Source: Microcystis aeruginosa NIES-2549
GTDB lineage: Bacteria; Cyanobacteriota; Cyanobacteriia; Cyanobacteriales; Microcystaceae
Reading direction: 5' to 3'
DNA length: 32,000 bases
Assembly: GCF_000981785.2 (NCBI RefSeq)
Contig: NZ_CP011304.1
Span: 2,370,001 to 2,402,000, forward strand
The stretch's first letter is position 1; each line of letters begins with the position of its first letter. Both the position numbers and the translations under genes were made by a program. Below the pieces are notes generated by a model. The model saw only the letters and a program-made list of their open reading frames with translations, was not told where the DNA came from and searched no databases. This document shows, piece by piece, positions 17,111-25,220 of the stretch.

Positions 17111-18229
17111 ATGTTAGACGTTGTGAAAGTAAGGATTTATCCGAACAAAGAGCAGGAAATAGCCTGGCTAAAAAACTCAGGCTGCTGTCGATTTGTGTAT
17201 AATTACTATCTTAACAAGAGTAACACACAGTACCGAGAAACGGGAAGAGGTATGTCTTATGTCGATAGGGCCAAAGACTTAACCCAACTCAAAAAAGACG
17301 CCAACTACTCATGGTTAAAAGAGGCTACAGCTACCACATTACAGCAATCTCTAAAAAATTTAGAGACGGCTTGCAAAAATTTTTTCAACCAGACAGGTAG
17401 ATTCCCCAACTTTAAAAGTAAGCAGAAAAAACAATCAATCCGTTACCCTGAGAGTTGTTCAATGAGAAATAAGGGACTAAAGCTTCCCAAAATAGGGATT
17501 GTTAAAGCCAAAATTTCTCAACCAGTCAACGGCACAATTAAATGGGGGACGGTATCTAAAACCAGTAGCGATAAGTATTATGCCTCAATTCTGTTGGCAA
17601 TTGCTGAAAATATCAATCCCCAAATTGGTAAAATTTCAGGAGTTGATTTAGGATTATTAACTTTAGTAACGGTTTATGATGGAGAAAAAGCTGACAAAAT
17701 AGATTCAGTTAAACCGACAAGAAAGTATGCTAAACGTTTAAAACGTAGGCAACAAAAACTCTCTCGGAAGGTCAAGGGATCTAACAATCGTAGAAAGGCG
17801 GTAAAAATCGTGGCTAGAGTCCACGAAAAAATCGCTAACACCAGAGAAGATTTACTCGATAAAATCTCAAGAAAGCTAGTTGATGAAAACCAAATCATAG
17901 TAGCAGAGAGCCTTTGTGTCAAAGGATTAGCCCATACCAAATTAGCTAAATCAGTACATGATGCTAGTTGGGGTATGTTGCTAAATTTCTTAAGCTACAA
18001 GCTAGATAGAGAAGGAGGAAAACTTGTCGAGGTTGACAGATTTTTTCCTAGTTCAAAACTTTGCTCATGTTGTGGATTTAAAAAAGATTCTTTGACGTTA
18101 AGTATTAGAGAATGGCTCTGTCCAGAAGGCAATACTTATCACGATAGAGACGAAAATGCCGCCAAGAATTTAAGAGCAGAAGGACTAAGAATCCTGTCAA
18201 CAAATACTGATGGGCAGTCAGGAGTTTAA
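17111..18229 (+). CDS. tnpB: TnpB (IS605 OrfB) RNA-guided endonuclease
   Basis: 372-aa ORF. N-terminal [11 protein letters not shown]. RuvC residues in ISGVDLGL (D179), IIVAESL (E266) and [10 protein letters not shown] (D347). Zinc-finger CSCCG ... CPEG. Confidence 0.9.
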   Translation: MLDVVKVRIYPNKEQEIAWLKNSGCCRFVYNYYLNKSNTQYRETGRGMSYVDRAKDLTQLKKDANYSWLKEATATTLQQSLKNLETACKNFFNQTGRFPNFKSKQKKQSIRYPESCSMRNKGLKLPKIGIVKAKISQPVNGTIKWGTVSKTSSDKYYASILLAIAENINPQIGKISGVDLGLLTLVTVYDGEKADKIDSVKPTRKYAKRLKRRQQKLSRKVKGSNNRRKAVKIVARVHEKIANTREDLLDKISRKLVDENQIIVAESLCVKGLAHTKLAKSVHDASWGMLLNFLSYKLDREGGKLVEVDRFFPSSKLCSCCGFKKDSLTLSIREWLCPEGNTYHDRDENAAKNLRAEGLRILSTNTDGQSGV

Positions 18230-18345
18230 GCTTGTGGAGAGACTGTAAGACTCGTTGGGATTCGTCTCAAAAAGCAGGTTTCTGTGAAGCAAGAATCTCC
18301 CATCACACCGCTTCGCGGTGTGATGGCGAGAGTGTCAAAAAGGTA
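18090..18345 (+). ncRNA. putative TnpB omega RNA (right-end RNA) scaffold; boundaries guessed
   Basis: By analogy with characterised TnpB systems, the guide RNA scaffold overlaps the tnpB 3' end and the right end. The 12-bp hairpin at 18300-18326 lies where the scaffold's 3' end would be expected. There is no direct evidence of transcription. Confidence 0.3.
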
Positions 18346-18378
18346 AATAGTCATTTTGATCGCCTAATCGTCCTAATT

Positions 18379-18900
18379 ATGCCACGCACTCAACGTAACG
18401 ATAATTTTATTGATAAATCCTTTACCGTCATGGCGGATATCATTTTAAAGATGCTCCCCGCCGATAAAAAAGCCAAGGAAGCCTTTGTTTATTATCGCGA
18501 TGGGATGTCTGCCCAAGCTGACGGCGAATACGCCGAAGCCCTCGATAATTACTATGAGGCTTTAACATTAGAAGAGGATCCTAATGATCGCAGTTATATC
18601 CTCTACAATATCGGCATTATCCACGCTAGTAACGGCGAGCATGAAAAGGCTCTGGAATATTACGAGGAAGCTATCCAACTTAATCCCAGAATGCCCTCCG
18701 CCTTGAATAATATCGCCGTTATTTACCATTTTCAAGGGGAAAAAGCCAGAGAAGACGGCCGACAGGCCGAAGCAGAAGCGCTCTACGACAAAGCGGCAGA
18801 ATACTGGAAACAAGCCATCCGATTAGCCCCCAATAACTACATTGAAGCCCAAAACTGGCTGAAAATCACCGGGCGATCGGAAATTGATGTTTTCTTCTAA
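18379..18900 (+). CDS. ycf3: photosystem I assembly protein Ycf3 (TPR protein)
   Basis: 173 aa from the ATG at 18379 ([24 protein letters not shown]...). TPR repeats and conserved C-terminal NWLKITGR. The ORF-track N-terminal extension runs through the IS right end. Confidence 0.9.
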   Translation: MPRTQRNDNFIDKSFTVMADIILKMLPADKKAKEAFVYYRDGMSAQADGEYAEALDNYYEALTLEEDPNDRSYILYNIGIIHASNGEHEKALEYYEEAIQLNPRMPSALNNIAVIYHFQGEKAREDGRQAEAEALYDKAAEYWKQAIRLAPNNYIEAQNWLKITGRSEIDVFF

Positions 18901-18905
18901 ATTGA

Positions 18906-18978
18906 GGAGACAGGAGACAGGAAATTGCTTTTATTTATTCTCCCCACTCCCCAATTCATCATTCATTATTCATCATTA
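18906..18978. repeat. composite repeat: (GGAGACA)2, an AT-rich core, CCCCACTCCCC, then (TTCATCA-type) x3
   Basis: Period-7 units read directly. 18911-18952 is an inverted copy (37/42) of 12840-12881. Confidence 0.85.
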
Positions 18979-18991
18979 CCCCATTTCCCCC

Positions 18992-19288
18992 ATGATCGAT
19001 CGAGCCACAGTTGAAAAAATCGCTCATTTAGCCCGTTTAGAGATTAATAGCGCCGAAGAAGAAGAATTTGCGGGGCAATTAAGCGGGATACTGGATTATT
19101 TCGAGCAGTTAAGCGAATTAGACACGGAAAATGTGCCACCCACCACGCGAGCGATCGAAATGCAAAATATTACTCGCGGCGATAGTAATAGACTTTATCG
19201 CGATCACGAGGTCTTAGTGCAAGAATCGCCGGCCCCAGAAGGGGATTATTTCCGGGTTCCCCGTATTCTCAACAGCGACGAAGACTAA
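18992..19288 (+). CDS. gatC: Asp/Glu-tRNA(Asn/Gln) amidotransferase subunit C
   Basis: 98 aa from the ATG at 18992 ([48 protein letters not shown]). This is a typical GatC N-terminal pattern. Confidence 0.85.
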   Translation: MIDRATVEKIAHLARLEINSAEEEEFAGQLSGILDYFEQLSELDTENVPPTTRAIEMQNITRGDSNRLYRDHEVLVQESPAPEGDYFRVPRILNSDED

Positions 19289-19289
19289 A

Positions 19290-19320
19290 TCAGTGATTAC
19301 TGATTACTGGTCACTGATTT
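19290..19320. repeat. heptamer array (ATTACTG-type, complement of CAGTAAT)
   Basis: cagtgattactgattactggtcactgattt has period 7. Confidence 0.8.
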
Positions 19321-19372
19321 AGATGCCATCTAGGGTTTTTGCTGCTATCTTGGACTAAGATCAGACCTAACA

Positions 19373-19789
19373 ATGGAGACATATATAATGATCGCATCCC
19401 AAGATCTGGCACCATTTCAGCTTATTTCGAGCGTAGAATCGGCGGCAACAGAATTTAGGCCCTGGGGTTCCTTCACTACTTTAGAAGAGGGTCCTGGATA
19501 TAAAATCAAGCGGATTGAGGTGAATCCGGGTCATCGTCTCAGTTTACAGATGCACTACCATCGCAGTGAACACTGGATTGTGGTTTCGGGGACGGCAAAA
19601 GTCACCTGTGGAGATAACGAGGAAATTCTTGGTGCCAATCAGTCCACCTATGTGCCGCAGTGTACCGCTCACCGTCTGGAAAACCCCGGGGTGATCAAAT
19701 TGGTATTAATTGAAGTGCAGAATGGGGAATATTTAGGAGAGGATGATATAGTGCGTTTTCAGGATGATTATGCTCGCCATCAGAGCTAA
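19373..19789 (+). CDS. cupin-domain protein, mannose-6-phosphate isomerase type II C-terminal-domain-like
   Basis: 138-aa ORF. RPWGSF...YKIKRIEVNPGHRLSLQMHYHRSEHWIVVSGTA...HRLENPG is the cupin signature of ManC-type PMI domains. The start may instead be the ATG at 19388. Confidence 0.75.
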   Translation: METYIMIASQDLAPFQLISSVESAATEFRPWGSFTTLEEGPGYKIKRIEVNPGHRLSLQMHYHRSEHWIVVSGTAKVTCGDNEEILGANQSTYVPQCTAHRLENPGVIKLVLIEVQNGEYLGEDDIVRFQDDYARHQS

Positions 19790-20280
19790 GACCGTGTTTA
19801 GGGAGACAGAAGGGCAAGAAACCATATTTTCGCCCAAAAAACCTTTTTAGGTTAGTCTGCCTGACTGTCTTTCCTGTTGGCAAGGCTCGTCAAGTTCTAG
19901 AAAAAATTCCTTTTCCGGCCGGGTAGCGGTTTTCCCCCATCGCCGGTCAACTTTTGACTATCTAAATTACTCGTTAAGATTGCAGGGGGGAAGGGAGCAG
20001 GGAGAGAGGGTTAGAGCATTTGTACTAAAAACCAATAGGCAGTTTAAATGCAGTACAGCTTAAAGGTGCGGGGACGGGGATTTATTTTGATGATGTTGTG
20101 TGCAAAGAACGGGTAAAATCTGTAGAAAAATAAACTTCCCCTAGACCCTGTGTGGGCAGCTTGAGGAAAGCCGGACTAGGGGAAATGATTTATTCCTTTG
20201 CTGGATTAACTTCAGCATATAACTCAAATTTGTCAGGACTATAACAGCCAGATGTCAATTCTGTGACAAATGTGAGTTTT

Positions 20281-20319
20281 CAGTTTACTGATTACTGGTG
20301 ACTGATTACTGGTTACTGT
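20281..20319. repeat. heptamer array (CTGATTA/CTGGTGA-type)
   Basis: cagtttactgattactggtgactgattactggttactg has period 7. Confidence 0.8.
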
Positions 20320-20663
20320 CGTCCACTTATTTTCTGAGAATTCTAGAGGTACTTGTAAATATTTGTTACAACGAGACGAGGAAAAATCTGAGGACAGGGA
20401 GACAAGAAAGGATTATCGACGGGGATCAAGGATTTCAGTAGGAAACTGCATTGGGGATCAAGAGAAACCGATTGTAAAGTTTTCGATACCTCTCGCCGAT
20501 TCTTGTAATAGTTCGATACATATAACATAGATGATCGGCGATGATTGTAAATTTATATTGCGAATAGCTCATCTTCTTCGGTGTTTTTCCTATACTGGTC
20601 TTCATCAACTTTGAGCCGACGTGCAGAAAAGTTAGACCACCAAGTTTGTAAGAGGTCAGGAAG

Positions 20664-21035
20664 ATGCAATTAACCGCAAGAAATAACTGGGGCCACGTTT
20701 CTTTAGCAATGCTAAAAAGCTTTCTTCTCTGGAGTTTCGTCCTCACTGTCTGTTTATTAGTAGTGGGATTTCCTTTAGTAGTATTAATGATGACAGTGGG
20801 AGCATTGTCTGCGATTATCTTACAGTCAGTTTTACCGATTAGTTCCGTGCTTTTAGTTGCGGGAATGATTATTGGTATCAATATTTTGGCTATCCTAATT
20901 AGTGCCGCTTTATTAGCAGCAAAAGGTGTTCATCCCCATGAAGTTAGCTGGTTGCACTGGCTACACGGTGAGGTAAAAACCTCTCATCAAGCTGTTTATG
21001 CTTCTTGTCCCCTAACTTGCGGAGTAGTTCATTAA
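20664..21035 (+). CDS. hypothetical small membrane protein (about 3 TM segments)
   Basis: 123-aa ORF with AGGAAG just upstream of the ATG and three long hydrophobic segments. A strong + strand terminator lies about 100 nt downstream. It competes with an antisense ORF (20435-20881) that looks less protein-like. Confidence 0.45.
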   Translation: MQLTARNNWGHVSLAMLKSFLLWSFVLTVCLLVVGFPLVVLMMTVGALSAIILQSVLPISSVLLVAGMIIGINILAILISAALLAAKGVHPHEVSWLHWLHGEVKTSHQAVYASCPLTCGVVH

Positions 21036-21137
21036 ATCTGATTTTCTTACAGTGGAATTGCTTACCTTTTTTCTATTTAGATTTATTTAAGTTTTCAACT
21101 GCTTTATCGGTTGATTATACACACTCCAAGCTAGTGC

Positions 21138-21161
21138 AACCCGGGGAAACCCGGGTTTTTT
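21138..21161 (+). terminator. rho-independent terminator
   Basis: 8-bp stem AACCCGGG/CCCGGGTT with a GAAA tetraloop, followed by a T run. Confidence 0.7.
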
Positions 21162-21289
21162 CATCATTATTGAGCTAAAGCAGTTATCTGAATAATGGGG
21201 AGTCGGTCTTCGCTCAAATTAGGTTAAACTTGATCTATTATCAGAAAGGCTGTAACTGAATATTAGAAGACAGGGAGACGAGAGCTTTT

Positions 21290-21331
21290 GATAACTGATA
21301 ACTGATAACTGATAACTGATCACTGATAACT
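21290..21331. repeat. heptamer array (GATAACT)4 GATCACT GATAACT (complement of CAGTTAT type)
   Basis: Perfect period-7 units read directly, 37 nt upstream of the mazG start. Confidence 0.9.
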
Positions 21332-21367
21332 AACCGGTATAATGGGCGAGAAAACCGGAAAAAATCG

Positions 21368-22201
21368 ATGTCTAGCCTTCCAGAAACCGACAATCCCAGC
21401 TACAAGGGCATCTTAGCGGCATTAAACCATTTAATCAGCGTTGTTGCCCGTTTACGAGATCCAGAAAGCGGCTGTCCTTGGGATTTAGCCCAAACCCCAG
21501 AAACCCTGATTCCCTACGTTATCGAAGAAGCTTATGAGGTGGTAGCGGCGATTAAAAGCGGTGATAAAACTGCCATTGCCGAGGAATTAGGCGATTTACT
21601 GCTACAGGTGGTTTTACAAGCCCAAATTGCCAGTGATGAGGGTAATTTTAGCCTAGAAGAGGTGGCTAGAGGCATCACCGATAAATTAATTCGTCGTCAT
21701 CCCCACGTTTTCGGGGAGCTATCCTTAGAAAATACCGAACAGGTGCGTCAAAATTGGGAAAAAATCAAAGCTGAGGAAAAAAATGACCCGACTATTAGCG
21801 GCAAATTAACCCGTTATGCCCAAACTTTACCACCCTTGATGGGGGCGATGAAAATTTCTCGGCAAGCAGCGCGAGTCGGTTTTGAGTGGGAAAATATCGG
21901 AGGAGTCTGGGAAAAATTCGACGAAGAGTTAGCAGAATGGCACGATTCCCTCGAATCGGGCGATAAAGAGCATCAACAGGCAGAATTAGGCGATTTACTC
22001 TTTACTATTGTCAATCTTGCTCGCTGGTATAATTTAGACCCCAGTATCGCTTTACAAGAGACTAATCTGCGTTTTATTCAACGTTTTTCCCTAGTGGAAT
22101 CCTTGGCGGAAAAGCCTCTCCATGACTATACACTGGAGGAATTAACAGTTTTTTGGCAGCAAGCGAAAGCTAAGTTAAACCAACCATCATCCGGGCAATA
22201 A
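21368..22201 (+). CDS. mazG: nucleoside triphosphate pyrophosphohydrolase MazG
   Basis: 277-aa ORF with two tandem MazG domains. EEAYEV...ELGDLLLQV and a second ELGDLLF motif, plus RHPHVFG. Confidence 0.85.
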   Translation: MSSLPETDNPSYKGILAALNHLISVVARLRDPESGCPWDLAQTPETLIPYVIEEAYEVVAAIKSGDKTAIAEELGDLLLQVVLQAQIASDEGNFSLEEVARGITDKLIRRHPHVFGELSLENTEQVRQNWEKIKAEEKNDPTISGKLTRYAQTLPPLMGAMKISRQAARVGFEWENIGGVWEKFDEELAEWHDSLESGDKEHQQAELGDLLFTIVNLARWYNLDPSIALQETNLRFIQRFSLVESLAEKPLHDYTLEELTVFWQQAKAKLNQPSSGQ

Positions 22202-22776
22202 TGCAAGAGCAAGAAATTAATAAGGACAAATCCAAGAGTTTTTGGGCTTCTATTCGAGAAAATCTGCAAATTATCGCTATAGCTTTAGTTTTAGCCCTAC
22301 TGATTCGCACTTTTGTGGCTGAACCTCGTTTTATCCCCTCCGATTCTATGTTACCCACTTTAGAACAGGGCGATCGCTTAGTGGTGGAAAAACTTTCCTA
22401 CGATTTCCATCCCCCTCGACGGGGGGATATCGTCGTCTTTGAACCGCCGGCACAATTACAATTACAGGGATATCAAAAGGACCAAGCTTTTATTAAAAGA
22501 GTGATTGCCACCCCAGGGGATGTGATTGCTGTCAAGGAGGGCAAAATTTACCTGAATAATCAACCCTTGTTGGAGGATTATATTCTCGAACCTCCCCAAT
22601 ATAATTTAATGCCTTTGCTCGTGCCGGAAAATAACTTATTTGTCATGGGAGATAATCGCAATAACAGCAATGACTCCCATATCTGGGGGTTTTTACCAGA
22701 AAATAACGTGATTGGTAGGGCGGTTTTTCGCTTTTTTCCTTTTAATCGTTTGGGGATTTTAGGGGGGAATACCTAA
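22201..22776 (+). CDS. lepB: signal peptidase I
   Basis: 191-aa ORF. N-terminal TM, catalytic Ser box SDSMLPTL, Lys box KRVIATPGD, GDNRNNSNDSH box. Its start overlaps the mazG stop (TAATG). Confidence 0.9.
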   Translation: MQEQEINKDKSKSFWASIRENLQIIAIALVLALLIRTFVAEPRFIPSDSMLPTLEQGDRLVVEKLSYDFHPPRRGDIVVFEPPAQLQLQGYQKDQAFIKRVIATPGDVIAVKEGKIYLNNQPLLEDYILEPPQYNLMPLLVPENNLFVMGDNRNNSNDSHIWGFLPENNVIGRAVFRFFPFNRLGILGGNT

Positions 22777-22785
22777 CGGGAATTT

Positions 22786-23274
22786 TTAGTCCTGATGATG
22801 TTGAACAATTAAGACGGAACAGGGGGCATGATGAAGAACATAGTTACTCACACTACCTAAGAATAACTCTCCTAGACCCGATCGCCCACGCCGACCGATG
22901 ACAATTAAATCAATATTTTCCTCTCGCGCCACTTTACAGATAGTTTTGGCGGCATGACCGTAAATTTGCTGGTATTCTCCCTTGACGCCCATTTCTCCCG
23001 CCTGATTAGCTCTTTTTTGCAACATTTCCAGCCCTTTTTGCTCGAATTCTTCCCATTGTTGCCGCCAAAAATCGAGAGTGAGATCATTACCCTGGGCGGG
23101 GTAAATATCGGCTAAATTGGGCGGAATCGGTAAAGGGCTATAATCTTCTTCAGGGGAAAGGACGTGCAGTAATAGGAGGTTAGCTTCATACTTACTGGCT
23201 AAGGATACAGCCTCTTTAAAAACACTCTCCCCCATCTCTGATAAATCTATTGCTATCAAGATTTTTTGATACAT
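22786..23274 (-). CDS. universal stress protein (UspA family)
   Basis: 162-aa ORF. KILIAIDLSE N-terminus and C-terminal IVIGRRGRSGLGELFLGSVSNYVLHHAPCSVLIV ATP-binding motif. Confidence 0.85.
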   Translation of the reverse strand: MYQKILIAIDLSEMGESVFKEAVSLASKYEANLLLLHVLSPEEDYSPLPIPPNLADIYPAQGNDLTLDFWRQQWEEFEQKGLEMLQKRANQAGEMGVKGEYQQIYGHAAKTICKVAREENIDLIVIGRRGRSGLGELFLGSVSNYVLHHAPCSVLIVQHHQD

Positions 23275-23292
23275 TTTTCCACCTCTGCAACC

Positions 23293-24210
23293 ATGCCTTA
23301 TTTAACGGAATCCGACGCTATTAGGAATGCGATCGATCACTTTTCTCATTTTCCCATTCTTTGGTTAGATACGGAAGTAGCCGATTACGATAGCAAGACT
23401 CCCCGTTTGTCTCTGATTCAAATTCTGGCTGATTCCACGGACTTAACGGGGGAGCGGGTGACAATTTTGGATGTTCTCGATCAACCCGATCTTACTGACT
23501 ATTTTATCACTAAAATCATGTTGGTTGACCGGATAGAAAAGGTTTTTCACAATGCTAGTTATGATTGTAAATTTTTGGGCGGTAAGGGCCAAGTTAAAAA
23601 AATTACCTGTACCCTAGAGTTAGCTAAAAAGGTTCCCTACTATATTGCTCCTTTACCCAATTATCAACTAAAAACCCTGGCCGAATGTCTTTGTCATTTT
23701 CCCGCTATTGATAAAAGTGAACAGGGGGGTAATTGGGGCAAAAGACCTTTAACCGCGGCCCAGCTAGAATATGCACAAAAAGACCCCGTATATACGGCCC
23801 AAATCCATCATCGTCTTTTGCAGCTTTCCCATTTAATTACTCCCGATCCTGCTGGTGAGAATCTGGAAAGATTAACTAATCGTTATTGGGAAATTTACCA
23901 GCAATGGAAGATTTTAGATACAGAGATTGAACATCTCAAGGAACGTTTAAAGTCGGCAATGATTAAGCAAGAAGCTGCGGAGATTAACGGGTTTTCGGTC
24001 AGTTACCAAAATCGCACCAGCAAAAAAGTTAAACTGGCCGAATTAGCCAAAGTTGTCTATTTATCGGGCCAGGATAGCCAAATATCTCTTTCCTTGACTA
24101 ATGATCTGCTCAAAGAATTGGGAGATTTAGCCCAAGGGTTAACCATCGAGGAAACTCGCCAAAAAATCAGTCAATTGACCATCAAACAAAGTGAAGCTGA
24201 CTTGAGATGA
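23293..24210 (+). CDS. 3'-5' exonuclease, RNase D/DEDDy-like, with a C-terminal helical extension
   Basis: Start set at the ATG at 23293 (MPYLTE...). Exo motifs LWLDTEV (I), HNASYDCKFL (II), YAQKDPVY (III, Y-x3-D). About 110 extra C-terminal residues are rich in E/K/L. Confidence 0.7.
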   Translation: MPYLTESDAIRNAIDHFSHFPILWLDTEVADYDSKTPRLSLIQILADSTDLTGERVTILDVLDQPDLTDYFITKIMLVDRIEKVFHNASYDCKFLGGKGQVKKITCTLELAKKVPYYIAPLPNYQLKTLAECLCHFPAIDKSEQGGNWGKRPLTAAQLEYAQKDPVYTAQIHHRLLQLSHLITPDPAGENLERLTNRYWEIYQQWKILDTEIEHLKERLKSAMIKQEAAEINGFSVSYQNRTSKKVKLAELAKVVYLSGQDSQISLSLTNDLLKELGDLAQGLTIEETRQKISQLTIKQSEADLR

Positions 24211-24324
24211 TGATAACAGAATTCATCGGATAGGGGATAGGAGTCAATACCAAATTAGGTTATACTTGATGTGGATGAGAAAGGCTGTAATAGCTAGAAA
24301 AAATTGCTTGCGGGGATAATCTAA

Positions 24325-25179
24325 ATGACTGTCAAGATCGCTTATCTGGGGCCAGTGGGAACCTATTCAGAAACAGCCGCTTTAGCATTTGCTAACAGTT
24401 TACCACCCCAGCCTCGTCAATTAATACCCTATCCTAGCATTGCCTTGGCCCTGCGATCAGTTGTCCAAAATCAGGCCGATTTAGCAGTGGTCCCGGTGGA
24501 AAATTCCACCGAAGGAAGTGTGGTAATGACTCTTGATGCTTTATGGCAATTACCCGGGTTAAAGATTCAACAAGAATTAGTTTTACCGATTTCCCATGCA
24601 CTTCTATCTCCCAGACAATCGCTAACAGAAATTAAAACTGTTTATTCCCATCCCCAAGCTTTGGCCCAATGTCAAAAATGGCTAGAAAATAATTTACCTA
24701 CCGTGCCGATTATTCCCACAAATTCTACCACAGAAGCGATTCAAATTCTCGATCGAGAGACTAATTCGGCCGCGATTGCTTCTCCCCGGGCTGCCAAACT
24801 CTATCATGTACCAATATTAATACAACCAATTAATGATTATCCCGATAATTGTACCCGTTTTTGGGTAATGGCTTTAACTTCCCATCCTCAAGGTGAGCGG
24901 ATGTCCCTCGCTTTTCAAGTTTTAGATCAACCGGGTGCTTTAGTCAAACCCTTAGAAGTTTTTGCCAAACGTCAGCTTAATTTATCTCGGATCGAATCGC
25001 GACCAACGAAACGATCTTTAGGTGAATACATATTTTTTATCGATCTAGAAATTAATCCAGATCAACAGCATTTAATCGGGGCAACTTTAGAAGAATTAAC
25101 CAATTATACCGATGCGATCGAGGTTTTTGGTGCTTATCAGGTGGTTAATTTGCCTGTAGAAAGTTTAGAGGAATTATAA
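24325..25179 (+). CDS. pheA: prephenate dehydratase
   Basis: 284-aa ORF. PDT domain (IAYLGPVGTYSE, NCTRFWV) and ACT domain (ESRP motif). Confidence 0.9.
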   Translation: MTVKIAYLGPVGTYSETAALAFANSLPPQPRQLIPYPSIALALRSVVQNQADLAVVPVENSTEGSVVMTLDALWQLPGLKIQQELVLPISHALLSPRQSLTEIKTVYSHPQALAQCQKWLENNLPTVPIIPTNSTTEAIQILDRETNSAAIASPRAAKLYHVPILIQPINDYPDNCTRFWVMALTSHPQGERMSLAFQVLDQPGALVKPLEVFAKRQLNLSRIESRPTKRSLGEYIFFIDLEINPDQQHLIGATLEELTNYTDAIEVFGAYQVVNLPVESLEEL

Positions 25180-25220
25180 ACTAAATTACCTGGAAATTAC
25201 AGTAGTTAAATAGAGATATT

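Larger units (their letters stand above)
16575..18340 (+). mobile_element. IS200/IS605-family insertion sequence (IS605-like layout, divergent tnpA and tnpB); ends approximate
   Basis: tnpA (minus) and tnpB (plus) are 52 nt apart. There are subterminal hairpins at 16597-16609 (ACCGC GAA GCGGT) and 18300-18326 (12-bp stem, TTC loop). Exact cleavage sites are not determinable by eye. Confidence 0.8.

Noticed and set aside
18232-18378. N-terminal 49-aa extension of the ycf3 ORF
   Set aside because: It reads through the IS right-end hairpin. Ycf3 homologs start at MPR(T/S)QRND, which matches the ATG at 18379.
18884-18991. N-terminal 36-aa extension of gatC
   Set aside because: It is encoded by the heptamer/composite repeat and overlaps the ycf3 stop. 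The conserved GatC sequence starts at the ATG at 18992.
20435-20881. 148-aa minus-strand ORF overlapping the 123-aa membrane-protein ORF
   Set aside because: The + strand ORF has an RBS-like AGGAAG, coherent TM segments and a downstream + strand terminator. The minus ORF looks like an antisense artefact over the overlap, although its 3' part (20435-20660) might be a pseudogene remnant.
23266-23292. Upstream ATG at 23266 for the exonuclease gene
   Set aside because: It would overlap the USP start codon region on the opposite strand. The ATG at 23293 (MPYLTE) is more plausible, but this is not certain.
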